Assembly: GCA_963730605.1 (NCBI GenBank)
Contig: CAVSSM010000002.1
Coordinates: 256,001-320,000 of the forward strand
From: an uncultured Chlamydiae bacterium
GTDB lineage: Bacteria > Chlamydiota > Chlamydiia > Chlamydiales > SM23-39
Direction: 5' to 3'
DNA length: 64,000 nt
Below, piece by piece: positions 41,823 through 52,561 of this stretch. A program made the position numbers and the translations under genes. Every line of letters starts with the position of its first letter. The first letter of the stretch is position 1. The notes below the pieces were generated by a model. It did no database searches, was not told where the DNA came from, and saw only the letters and a program-made list of their open reading frames with translations.

Positions 41823-42370
41823 TTATACCCTCTGGATGTATTCGTTGATATGCGTATCGACTTTGATCACATCGCCGCTTTCGATAAAGAGCGGAACATC
41901 GATTTTGCCCCCGTTTCCAGAACGCCTTTTTTCGTCGTTGCCAGCAGCAGCAGCCGCCTTCCGTCTTGACGACCATGATTTCGAGAAATTGAGGCAGTTC
42001 GATGCCGAAGATCGTATCGCCATAGAACATCGCCTTGACTTGGATCCCTTCTTTCAAGATAGTGAACCTTATCCGCTAGAATCGAGGCGGGGACAAGGAC
42101 CTGTTCCAAATTGCCGATATCGAGAAACAGATATTCTTTCCCTTCCGGATAGAGAAATTCCAGAGTCCTCTCGAAGAGAGACACTTCTTGGACCATCTGG
42201 TCGAGCTTGAAGTTCTTCTCGATCATCTCTTCGGTGACCAGATTGCGGAGTTTCGTTTTGACGAAGGGGGTTCCCTTAGCCACGGTGACTTTCACGCTCG
42301 ATTCGACGCGGAAAATCTTTCCGTCGATATTGAGGGTCATGCCTGGAGTGATCTGATTCGCTGTCGTCAT
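41823..42370 (-). CDS. efp: Elongation factor P (apparent frameshifts)
   Basis: KGTPFVKTKLRNL and VPLFIESGDVIKVDT. Confidence 0.9.
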
Positions 42371-43015
42371 TGTATGAGTCCTTTCAATTCCGAAAGGGTC
42401 GAGATCGCATGGTCGATCCAATCGGCTCTGTTTTCCATCTTGCCGCGGCCCCATCGCATGTGGATAGTTTTAAACCCGAGCTCATGGGCAGGCTCAAGAT
42501 CCATCGCGATCCGATCCCCGCAAACCCAGATCTTTTCCGGTTTGATAGAAAATTCTTTAGGCAAACCCTCGTAAAGAGGCCTTTTATTTGAATCTTCCGG
42601 GATGGCTATCTTACTAAAAATTGTGGGTTCAAGACCAGCTTTTTCCATCTTCTCCCGCTGAAAGGGGGGGTATCCGCCCGTCACGATGACAAGGGGGTAT
42701 TTGGAGAAGAAATAGCCTAAAATATCTTTTGCGCCCGGAGTCGTAGGGATCGCAAAATCCTCAGGGAGAGGCGCCGTCAGCTCCGCCAAAGCGCGAGTCG
42801 GCAGGCAGCCGAGCCTCTCTGCGAAGAGGGCGACAGCCTCTTTCGATCGGGAAGAAACGTTCATTGAGGGCCATGAGATCGGAGTAGGCTTGTTCAAAGT
42901 CGTTGACTCTTGCCCCGTCTTCGATCAGCCGCTTGAGACACTCTCTCATTTTGAATGGGGTGACGGCGCCCGAGGTATCGATGAAAGTATCGTCGAGATC
43001 AAAGATGATCAACAA
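42367..43015 (-). CDS. HAD-family hydrolase (frameshift)
   Basis: FDLDDT and GDR..DL..A..LG motifs. Confidence 0.85.
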
Positions 43016-43978
43016 TTTTCATCAACTCCTGCGCAAGTTTTTTCGAATCGTGGCGGATCAGGCTCCTTTTCATGAGATCCTTTTTCGGCTCTTCATACAG
43101 CCCTCCCAACAATTCGGCGCAAATCATCCGCCCATCCTTGAGATCGTTTTCCACTAAATCCCCTTCCGCTGCGTAGACTTCGATGAGGTCATTGGGAGGT
43201 TTTTGGATATTGATCAAAATATGGTCGAAGATATCTTTCCCGATAAAGCGGATGAGTTCGTTCAAATAATGGCTCGTCTTGAAATCCGGTCGTTTGCCCT
43301 TTCCGGTTCATCAAATTGACGACGAACACTTTTTTCGCTCCGCTCTTGCAGATCGCCTCGCACACCCCTTCGACAAGAAGATTGGGGATCAGGGAAGTGT
43401 GCAGTCCTCCCGGGCCGATCACGATGAGGTCGGCGTTGCCGATCTCCTCGATGACGCGCGGATTGACTTTGGGAAACGGCTCGAGATAAATCGTCTTGAT
43501 AGCCCTGATCGATTTCTTGGGAGAGATAGATCTCTTTTTCCCCTTCCAGGATATTCGAATTATTCAGAACCATCTTCAGGCGCACTTGGTGCGTCGTGAC
43601 GGGGATCACTTTCCCCTTGATATAAAGGATCTTACCCGCTTCTTCGACCGCTTTCTCAAAACTTCCCGTCACTTTTTCTAAAGCGGAAAGGAGGAGATTG
43701 CCGAACCAATGGCCGCCGAGGCCGCCATTTTCAAAGCGGTAATTCATCAGGGAGCGCATGAGGCGGCTCGAATTGGAAAGAGCGACGAGGCATTGCCGAA
43801 CATCGCCTGGCGGCAAGACCCCGAGCTCATCGCGCAAAATCCCCGTGCTGCCGCCGTCATCTGCCATCGAGACGATCGCCGTCAGATCGAGCGGATATTT
43901 TTTCAGCCCGCTTAAGACCACGAAATTTCCAGTCCCTCCGCCGATGACGACAACTTTTTTCAAAGCGGAGCGGATCAT
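42999..43978 (-). CDS. YvcK/GlmR (CofD-like) family protein (frameshifts)
   Basis: GGGTG, ADDGGSTG, PPGDVR and GPGGLHTS motifs. Confidence 0.88.
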
Positions 43979-44692
43979 TTCGAAGCACTCCTTAGTTTCT
44001 TGATCGCCTCGGCAAGAGCGGGCTCATGAAATAAATAATTGCCGCTGACCAGGATATTGGCGCCGGCCTGGACGCATGGCTTTCGCCGTTTCGACATTGA
44101 TGCCGCCATCGACTTCAATGTCGAACGGCGCCAGCGAATAAGGCTTTAGCCCCTCTTTGGCAACGATGCCTCCTTCCCGAATCGCATTCCGGTCGCAATA
44201 TTCTCGGGTAAGACGGATCTTTTCGATCACTTCCGGCATGAAATGTTGACCCCCGAACCCCGGGCTTACCGTCATGAGGAGAACCATATCGCACTGATAC
44301 AGATATTTCGGGATCATCGAAAAGGAAGTTTCTGGCCGGAAAGCAAGCCCCGCCTTTTTGCCGCATTTGCGGATGAAAGAGAGCGTATCTTCGACATCCT
44401 CCGTCGCCTCAAAATGGAATGTGAGCCGATCGGCCCCTTCCTGGATGAACATTTCGACGTAATCGAAAGGGTTGTAGATCATCAGGTGGAGGTCAAGAAA
44501 GAGCGATGTTGAACGGTTGATAGCGCCGACGGCCCGTGGTCCTAAGGTGAGATTCGGGACGAAGTGGCCATCCATGATATCGATATGGATGGCATCGGCC
44601 CCCGCCTGCTCCATCCGCTTGGCCTCTTCGGCGAGACGACCGAAATCCCCAGACAGAATGGACGGATTGACCTTGACCTTAAAATTTTCCAT
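43975..44692 (-). CDS. rpe: Ribulose-phosphate 3-epimerase (late frameshift)
   Basis: HIDIMDGHFVPNLT, PGFGGQ and VDGGIN motifs. Confidence 0.93.
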
Positions 44693-45520
44693 TGGACATA
44701 TCCTATCCAGAAACCCATCTTAAGGGCAAGATTCAATGTGAGTGCCGTACTCGCTTTCTCACCCCAATGATGATGCATCGTTAGGGACCCCGGGTACTCG
44801 CACAATACTTCTGTTCAAAGTGGCTCGGTTGTCCTGTCCATTGCGCATAAATAAAAAATTTAATTTTACAATATTTAACCTGCAATAAATTCAGATCTCG
44901 ATTAAGATTGCTTTTCTAAAACCACACAAAAAGTGATCAATGGATATCGGAATAGTGCCGAATGGCGTTGTTGCATAAATCCCAATGAACTTAAATCTTT
45001 AAAGGTGAATGAATACCACCGAGGACAGGGAGGCGTGAAACGCGCACTTTTATTCCTTTCTCGGTGCTCTCAGTGTGCTCGGTGGTTGTTTGACCGGCTT
45101 ATATTCAAGTACTTGAGGCAACATCGAATTATGCAACAAGGCCATTCGACGTCCGAGAGGGTTTCTGTGACGGATTCAGTCCTTTGGATGTAGGGGCGAT
45201 TCTGATGGGGCATTCGGTTGACTCGATCAAGCGAGCAATCGGGACTGCGATTCAAACGGATGAAATCAACAATGTCTTATCATCCATCGTTGTTGTGCCA
45301 AAAAAAATAGCAACCGCATCCCAAGACAGTTGTAGCGCCAACTGATTAAGGCAGCTGCCTGAGAGACTGAGATTCCATGGTTCTCTGTTGGTTCGGACCA
45401 AGGGGTCTGCCTCATCTTGAGCATCTTGCGAGCATCGGTCAACTGCATGTGCAACGGTATGCATTGTCAAAGAATTCTTGTCACCGTTTACAGCCCAGGT
45501 TAGTACTCCTCGCCCTTGCA

Positions 45521-45802
45521 TCAAGAGGCGTGGAGGCCCATTCGCTCCTCGAGGGAGAAGAGGATCGCGTCGGCGATCAGTTCGGCGGACTCCTCGTCGG
45601 TTGGATCGATCGCCTGCCCCCCTGCGGCATCCCAAATCAGCTGATCGATCTTCAGCCGGATATCCTCGGGAAGATTGAGGAGCCCTTCGACCCCCTCTCC
45701 GATCCTTCCGTAATAAAAGGCCTCTGCAATCTCAGCTTGGAGAGAGAGCGCCTTTGCATATTCCTCAATCCCGTAAGCGGCTCCTTCTGGGCTCATGCGC
45801 AC
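45521..45802 (-). CDS. Hypothetical acidic protein
   Basis: ORF coupled to the upstream gene. Confidence 0.55.
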   Translation of the reverse strand: MRMSPEGAAYGIEEYAKALSLQAEIAEAFYYGRIGEGVEGLLNLPEDIRLKIDQLIWDAAGGQAIDPTDEESAELIADAILFSLEERMGLHAS

Positions 45803-46332
45803 CCCCGAACGGCTGCCTGCTTGACCTGATGAATTTGATATTCGCTCAGTTCACCGAGCATAGGGTCTAAAGAATTTCGATTCAGCACCGCCTCCCCGAT
45901 CCCTTTAAGTCGAGCGACGAAGGCATTGAGATCATGCACTAGAGGTTTTGCCTGGGCGAACTGCAAGTGTTCGAGCTGCTTCGTGACCGCTTTTTGAACC
46001 TTGGGATCGCTGGTCAAGGAAGCTTCGAATTGAATTTTGTCTAACTTTTGGTCGACCTCTTGCGGCTCCAGATAGGGAATGAGCGGGGTCAAAAGCCCAA
46101 TTTTCAGAACCGGATCCGCTGTTTGGTCGAGCTGTGTGATTTGCCGATCGATGAGAGGTTGCTTCTTATCCTCGCATCTCTCGAGGATACTAACCGCAAA
46201 CTGTCGGGTTTTATCCGTTGTCTGGACCATGACTTGCTGCTCGATCTCTTCGATGTCTTGCAGCGAGAGGTTTTGTCCCCCAAGACGGACTTCATATTTG
46301 GACAATTCAGAAGGATAGGGTTCTATGCCCAT
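45793..46332 (-). CDS. Hypothetical protein
   Basis: 179-aa ORF with an AAGGAG RBS. Confidence 0.65.
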   Translation of the reverse strand: MGIEPYPSELSKYEVRLGGQNLSLQDIEEIEQQVMVQTTDKTRQFAVSILERCEDKKQPLIDRQITQLDQTADPVLKIGLLTPLIPYLEPQEVDQKLDKIQFEASLTSDPKVQKAVTKQLEHLQFAQAKPLVHDLNAFVARLKGIGEAVLNRNSLDPMLGELSEYQIHQVKQAAVRGCA

Positions 46333-46569
46333 AATGACACTCCTTACTTTTTACGTTATTAAATTATGAGAGAGGTTATTATTAATATATCTCTCCTTTT
46401 TCTATACTACACGAAACAATATTAATTATCAATTGCAAAAAATTATTTTAATCAAATAATCATATAAATAGCAGATAATATGTATTATTGGTATAATTAA
46501 TCCCAAAAAGATACTAAAAAAGCGATGTTTATTTAAAACTTATATGCAAATTTTTATTCGAGATGCTTA

Positions 46570-47649
46570 ATGACTGCTGTAATTCAGCCCTCTAATCCCT
46601 ATAACCCCAAATATGCACACGACCGGCGGATGCGGATCGATGGGACCAACACGACCGCAAGAAGCATCGATAGCGGCGTTGAGAATGGAACACGCATTGA
46701 GGAAACGCCGGAAATAGTGGACGCCAATTTTTTAGTGAGCGTCTTTCCAGAGCTTGAAACCATCGGAGGCCTCTTCATGCTTGGGTCGGCGCTTTATAGC
46801 ACCATTCCTAAGGCTCATAGAGAATACAATCTGTCCTGCGCAGAGAAGACGCGGGCCATTGCTAAAAAAAGGCTGGACCCAACCCCGGAGAGCGAAATCA
46901 GAATCAAGCTTGCAGAAGAGCGGCTCGATCTTTCCAAATTCGGATTAGCCATTCAATATCTCAATGGCGCGGGAGGGGCTGGGTTGACCTCGGCAGGGAC
47001 AGTCGCTTTCTTGAGCCCTCATTCCGCCGAATCATTGGGATTCCATGCCCTGGTCAGCCAACCGGCCGCTTTATACGCGGGTGCGGCGCTAGGAGGCGTC
47101 TACGTTTTGAAGGGGTCTCTCATCATAGGAAGGTCGGTCTATCATCTCCGATATCTGGATCGATTCGAAAAGGATTTCGAAAGCAGTTTGCAAGGCAGCG
47201 AGAAGACAAGACAAGGGTTAGAGCAGGCAGTAGACCGAACCATGAAGCTGATCGAGCGGATCGGCATCGGAAGCTCTGCCTTGGCAAGGCGCGCTAGCAC
47301 CAACTTGCCAGTGCCAGATAGCTCTTTAAAAGGGAGGGTCAAATTCCTTGCAGCGGTCGACAAGGGCATCCATGCGAAAAAACTCCATCATAAAATCAAT
47401 ATCTGCTACGGCAGCTTGATGATTTTAGGGGGGCTCGCAAGCATTGCAGCCGCTATTTTTACTTTTGGAGCGGCGCCCTTTGCCATCCTGATCGCCGCCG
47501 CTATATTCTTTGCGTTGATGGAACTTTCCCATGCAATTTGCGAGGTAAAGCCGATCTTCAATCGATTGCAATCGGCCCTCTATACGCCCTCCCAAGCCAT
47601 CCAAAACCTCGGCTGGCTCTTAAAAAAGCCCAATCTCTTATCTCAATGA
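46570..47649 (+). CDS. Hypothetical membrane protein, paralog of 50089-51360
   Basis: Shared blocks LGGVY..G....G.SVY.L.YL..F.KDF and AVDKGI...KL. Confidence 0.8.
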   Translation: MTAVIQPSNPYNPKYAHDRRMRIDGTNTTARSIDSGVENGTRIEETPEIVDANFLVSVFPELETIGGLFMLGSALYSTIPKAHREYNLSCAEKTRAIAKKRLDPTPESEIRIKLAEERLDLSKFGLAIQYLNGAGGAGLTSAGTVAFLSPHSAESLGFHALVSQPAALYAGAALGGVYVLKGSLIIGRSVYHLRYLDRFEKDFESSLQGSEKTRQGLEQAVDRTMKLIERIGIGSSALARRASTNLPVPDSSLKGRVKFLAAVDKGIHAKKLHHKINICYGSLMILGGLASIAAAIFTFGAAPFAILIAAAIFFALMELSHAICEVKPIFNRLQSALYTPSQAIQNLGWLLKKPNLLSQ

Positions 47650-47708
47650 AAAGTTTGAGGGAACAAAAATAGGGCGAGAAAAATTTTGTTAGACGGCATG
47701 ATAGCCGC

Positions 47709-47995
47709 ATGCTTTTTCTGACTGAACACAAACGAATACAACTCAGAGACCAACACAAGCGATTGGTGACCCATTTGGAATCGCATTTCTATCTCTACGT
47801 TAAATTCGACTTTGTACAATTTTGTGACGGCATCTCCGAGAGAATCGCTGGCCCTTTTTTCCTTTTTTTGCTCATAAATAGTGCCTTCGGCTATGAATTT
47901 CGCAAAAAAAGAAAAAAATTGCAGAGCGCTTCCTCTGGATCTGCTCGCCAAAAATTGTACAAAGTCGAGTTAAAGACATCGTTGCCTATGTGGAT
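47709..47995 (+). pseudogene. IS630 transposase remnant interrupted by a MITE
   Basis: MLFLTEHKRIQL and HFYLYV|KDIVAYV match the start of 48644-49687. Confidence 0.75.
47801..47972. mobile_element. TA-flanked MITE-like element
   Basis: TAAATTCGACTTTGTACAATTTTT / AAAAATTGTACAAAGTCGAGTTA. Confidence 0.85.
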
Positions 47996-48105
47996 ACATG
48001 CCACATCATCGGACATAAAAACTTTTTTAATTGGATTAATATAAATTGAAAGTTAATCATTTTATATGTATGATAAATTCGTTTTTACTTAAAATGGTGT
48101 TTTGA

Positions 48106-49932
48106 ATGACTACTTCGATTCCTGTGAATTCTTATCCCGTTAGCCAGGCTTATAGGGAGCCTTTCACTACCGGCGAAGCCATTATCCAGGAGCTGAGCTT
48201 ATTTCCTAAAAGTAAGGCTCTTATAGATGAAGCTGAAAAAGAACTTCAAGAAAGCGGCTGTCCCAATTTAGAGATACGCTTAGAAAAAACAATATCCGGA
48301 TTTGAGGCTGAAAAACAGGGGAATATAATTAGGATCAGCCCTGATTTGTCAGCTCGTCGGCAACTAAGCCACGCAGTATTTGAGCTCCATAATATAACTT
48401 CCGATAGGAAGCATACAGCGCTAGAGAACGCCGCAAAAAACGGGAGATATAAATCTGCTGAGGAGTATGCAAAAGCTGCAGAGCACCTTGAATTTGAGGG
48501 CAAGATTTCTCGTATTAATCAAATAGTAAGGGAAATTAATCTGCTAAAAGCATGCGAATCTAACACACCCTATATTGAACGTATACCGCTCGTGATTCAA
48601 AATTTTGATGCGTGAAAATTTCCCTTGACTGCACAATGGCTGCGTGAATTTTTTAACCGACTCAGAACGACAGGAACTCAAACTCCGGCACCGGGGGGAC
48701 CGCGATGGGCGGGTGCGTGATCGAATAAAGGCTGTTCTCCTCTATGATGAGGGGTGGGCTCCCAAAGACATTGCCAGGGTTCTGTTGATTTCTGACGAAG
48801 CAGTTCGTCACCATGTTGACGCATACAAAACGTCGAAAAAATTGCGCCCCGAAAGCGGCGGCTCCGAGGAGAAACTATCCCAAACGCAGTCCGAGCAACT
48901 TGAGGCTCATCTTCAAGAACACACGTACCTTTACGTCAAGGATATCGTCGCATATGTAGAAGTGACTTTCGGTATTGTCTATACCGTCCACGGATTGAGG
49001 GATTGGCTGCGAAGACACGGATTTTCCTACAAAAAACCCGCCGTTGTACCCGGGAAAGCCAACAAAGAGCAGCAACAAAAGTGGCTCGCCGGATACGAGA
49101 AACTCAAGGCAGAACTCCTCGAGGATGAGACTATCTGCTTTATTGACGGCGTTCATCCAACGCACAATGTGCAGCCTGCTTATGGGTGGATCAAAAAAGG
49201 CGTGCGTAAAGAGATCCCAGCAAACACAGGACGTGCCAGGCTCAATCTTTCAGGGAGCATCGATGTCATCACCCACAGTGTGGTAATCCAAGAAGACGAG
49301 ACTTTAAACGCAGAATCGATAATCCGGTTTTTCCAAAAGATCGAAGAATTTTACCCGAGTAAACGAAAGATCCATGTATTTTGCGATAATGCACCGTACT
49401 ATCGGAATAGGGCTGTGAGGCAGTACCTAGAAACGGCAAAAGTTTGTTTGCACTTTTTACCGCCCTATAGCCCCAATCTAAACCCGATAGAACGACTGTG
49501 GAAATGGATGAAGGAGCGGGTAGTTTACAATACTTATTACGAGTACTTTGAAGACTTTAGAGGAGCGATTCTTGGTTTTTTCGCTGTATTGGCGACTATG
49601 ACCGCGGAGTCAACTTTAGGCCGGGATTTAAGAAGCCGGGTTAGGGATAAATTTAGTCCCTTTCAGGCACCTGCTGCCAAGTTTTGAATTTCCTTGGGTA
49701 TACTTATGAATACTTCCCTGATAATGCGGAATTCGATCATTTTTACAACCATTACATTCCTGACAATCATAAAGAACACTACCGGAAGGAATGGAGAAAC
49801 CTCAATCCTGGTTGGAGGCATTGCTACCCTTCGAAGATGACTGTTATAGCTGTCACCTGTGCAGCTATTGCTATAGCAGCTCTCGGTTTATGGAAAAATG
49901 ATCTGAGTTCGTTTTCATTCTTATCCCAATAA
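48106..49932 (+). pseudogene. Hypothetical tail-anchored protein split by IS630
   Basis: Removing the IS restores ...PYIER-TYEYFPD... in frame. Confidence 0.85.
48582..49702 (+). mobile_element. IS630-family element, transposase 48644-49687
   Basis: TATACC..ATTCAAAA / TTTTGAAT..GGTATA ends, TA duplication, DGVHP, DNAPYY and YSPNLNPIERLW motifs. Confidence 0.95.
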
Positions 49933-50088
49933 AATGTTTCATATACCATTATAATATACCATTTGAAAATTAATTCAAATTATATTATATTATAATTATG
50001 GATTAAATAAGAGAGTCCCTTATGAGTATAGAACCAGAAACTCAGTAACGTAGCAAATGCTGATTGGTTACGCACTGCAGCAGAAGAA

Positions 50089-51360
50089 GTGGTGTATGGC
50101 ACGATCGACGGGTCTGGCACTTTTCGAAATATTTGTGCAGCCGTAGCTATTACGGTCGCAAAAGTAGCAAGCTTTGTCGCGGGTGGAATTATCCCTATAA
50201 CATTCATGTTTGGAGGGACTCTCGTCTTGGGATCGGCCGCCGTCCATACCATTCCGAAAGCCCTTCAAGAATGTAGGGGCGCCGAGAACGATCGTGAAAT
50301 TGCGATGCGGTCACTGGATCCCGAAGAGAGGAAACAGCAGTTGGAACTGGCTGACGAAGGAATCATCGCCGCGGCGCTCGGCTTGACCAACCAATCCCTT
50401 TATGGTGTGATGGGCGCCGGAATGATTCAGGGCGGAGTTATCACGCTGATGAGTCCGGTCGGAGCCCATTTATTTGGATTTGCTCCTGTTGTTACCGGCG
50501 GAACCGCTGCTGCCTCCGGAGGGGCGCTCGGAGGGGTTTATGCAGTGCGCGGCGCAGTAGTGTTAGGAAAATCCGTTTATAACCTCCTTTATTTGAACAA
50601 ATTTCAAAAGGACTTTAAAGAGTCGCTGAAATTGAGAGGCGATGCAAGGCTTGACCAAACGGTAGATACCGCTATCGAGAAGATCAAAAAGATCGGAACC
50701 TTGCCGAACGCCTTGGGACGGCGAGTTGGAAACAACGCTCCGACACTTCCCGATCCAAGCGCAACTCTCGAGGACAAAATCCGTTATTTAGAAGCTGTGG
50801 ACAAGGGAATCCAGGAGAGAAAACTCCAGGAAGTACTGGGCGTGATCATCGGAGTCGCGATGATCCTCGGCGGCATTGCCGCCATTGCGGCGGTCTTCGT
50901 CTGCGCACCTGCCACCATCGCCATCATCGCATTGGTTTCCGCGGTCTTCTTCGTCGCGATGGAAAGCGTCTACGGAACCTATGATTCAAGCTTCCTTTTC
51001 GGCAAATTGAGAGACAAACTCTACACGCCGTCGGATGAAATCGTAGCACTCAAAAACGCCTACGGGCGCAACACACGCCTTCTCTACACGCCGTCGGATG
51101 AAATCGTAGCACTCAAAAACGCCTACGGGCGCAACACACGCCTTCTCTACACGCCGTCGGATGAAATCGTAGCACTCAAAAACGCCTACGGGCGCAACAC
51201 ACGCCTTAAAGGCCTCGATTTGGCAATTCCCAAAAGACTTGAAGTGTCGGCTCTAAATCAACGCGAACGCGCTCAAGGAGCGAGAATCTCCAAGGGCGGC
51301 GCTCACCTGATTTCAACGAGTGTCCAACCCGGACAAAACGGTCTCAAAAAGACTGCTTAG
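50089..51360 (+). CDS. Hypothetical membrane protein with a 3x21-aa repeat
   Basis: Multiple hydrophobic segments; true start possibly near 50022. Confidence 0.8.
   Translation: MVYGTIDGSGTFRNICAAVAITVAKVASFVAGGIIPITFMFGGTLVLGSAAVHTIPKALQECRGAENDREIAMRSLDPEERKQQLELADEGIIAAALGLTNQSLYGVMGAGMIQGGVITLMSPVGAHLFGFAPVVTGGTAAASGGALGGVYAVRGAVVLGKSVYNLLYLNKFQKDFKESLKLRGDARLDQTVDTAIEKIKKIGTLPNALGRRVGNNAPTLPDPSATLEDKIRYLEAVDKGIQERKLQEVLGVIIGVAMILGGIAAIAAVFVCAPATIAIIALVSAVFFVAMESVYGTYDSSFLFGKLRDKLYTPSDEIVALKNAYGRNTRLLYTPSDEIVALKNAYGRNTRLLYTPSDEIVALKNAYGRNTRLKGLDLAIPKRLEVSALNQRERAQGARISKGGAHLISTSVQPGQNGLKKTA
51019..51207 (+). repeat. 3 x 63-bp perfect coding tandem repeat
   Basis: LYTPSDEIVALKNAYGRNTRL x3. 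Confidence 0.95.
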
Positions 51361-52561
51361 CCAGCGAGATGCAAGCATCGACCGACGCCCCTCGGATGTA
51401 ATTCCCAAGAAGAATTAAAGACGGAAATTTTTCCTTCGCTTCCCTTTCAAATTTAGCCAGCCGTTTCCCATAGCCTACATGGAATTGCGGGATCGCCCCT
51501 TTGGTCAAATGGATGGAGGAAAAAATGGGCCGCGCCGCAACGCCAAGATGCCGCTTCATCACATCGAGCGCCTCTTCCACATCGCAGCCGCGCCGCATCA
51601 TTAAAGTCACCCGCGTCTCCCCTGAAGAACTTTGCTGAGGAAAGACGGCGGAGTCCCAGACCATCCCGAGCAGGTTTTCCTGAAGCCTAGTCGGCACGAG
51701 ATAGCCGAACCCTTTTTTTGTCAGCACCTCCCCTTCAAACGCAAAGTGAACGAGGCTAAGGTCGGTCTCTTGGAAATCGGTCCAAAGCCCGGTCAAGCGG
51801 CCGATGCTAGAGCCGCTCAAGGCGGAGACGATAAGATCGGCGGGATGAAACGTCTCATTGGCAACAACTCCGTCAGAGAGGATCTCAAGGGCTGCCGTTT
51901 CGAGATGGATCTTTGCCTGGGACCTTTGGGCAAGCTCCTCGATGAGCGTCCCCATGCCGCTCTGGAGGGTGAATAAACCGGCAGGACCTCTTTTCTTTCT
52001 GAATCGAGAAAGAAGAGCCCCGAGCACGATCGACCCGCGCTCCTTTTCCCATTGGGTTAAAAAAGGGAAACAAGACTGGATCGAGAGCTTGTGGATGTCG
52101 CCTGCGAAAATGCCAAGGGCGATTGGATCGATCAGCTCGTTTGCAATCCTGGACCCAAGCCGGCGCGCGGCAAAATCATAGATCGACTCATCATCGCCTG
52201 TTCCTTTTGAGATAAACGGCTCGCGAAGAAGCGAAAAGGTCATCATGGGCAAAAATGAGGAAAGTGTCCGGAGTTTGCCGCGGCTATAGAGGAACCGGCG
52301 GCGCGCGGCGGGGTCGGAAAAGATGAGCTTTGCCTCAAGGCCGAGATCATGAATCAATGCGAGAAGATGAGGAGAGCGGTTTGCCATGAAAGTGCGGGGG
52401 CCTTGTTCGAACAAAAAGCCGCCCTCAAAGCTCGTTTGTAACTTGCCGCCCAAGCGGTCCGTTTTTTCCAGGAGGGTAATGGCGGCGGCTGGATATTTTT
52501 TCCGGGCATACCAAGCTGCGCTCAAGCCCGAAATCCCTCCGCCTAGTATCGCAATCCTCAT
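51344..52561 (-). CDS. hemY: Protoporphyrinogen/coproporphyrinogen oxidase (HemY-type)
   Basis: GGGISGL, FEQGP and GFGYLVP motifs; in the hem operon. Confidence 0.9.
   Translation of the reverse strand: MRIAILGGGISGLSAAWYARKKYPAAAITLLEKTDRLGGKLQTSFEGGFLFEQGPRTFMANRSPHLLALIHDLGLEAKLIFSDPAARRRFLYSRGKLRTLSSFLPMMTFSLLREPFISKGTGDDESIYDFAARRLGSRIANELIDPIALGIFAGDIHKLSIQSCFPFLTQWEKERGSIVLGALLSRFRKKRGPAGLFTLQSGMGTLIEELAQRSQAKIHLETAALEILSDGVVANETFHPADLIVSALSGSSIGRLTGLWTDFQETDLSLVHFAFEGEVLTKKGFGYLVPTRLQENLLGMVWDSAVFPQQSSSGETRVTLMMRRGCDVEEALDVMKRHLGVAARPIFSSIHLTKGAIPQFHVGYGKRLAKFEREAKEKFPSLILLGNYIRGASVDACISLAKQSF

Noticed and set aside
39973..44692. Frameshifts in accC, accB, efp, HAD, yvcK and rpe as pseudogenisation or recoding
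   Set aside because: These are essential or conserved genes with dense clustered indels and no other decay; long-read consensus error is more likely. The same applies to surE, yitT, the P-type ATPase, GT11 and mfd.
45015..45090. ACCACCGAG...CTCGGTGGT hairpin as an ncRNA
   Set aside because: Single copy in the window and no family recognised.
45430..45497. Possible IS5-like left end (GGGCTGTAAAC.., TTGACA, MQLTDA)
   Set aside because: No matching right end or continuing transposase similarity is visible.
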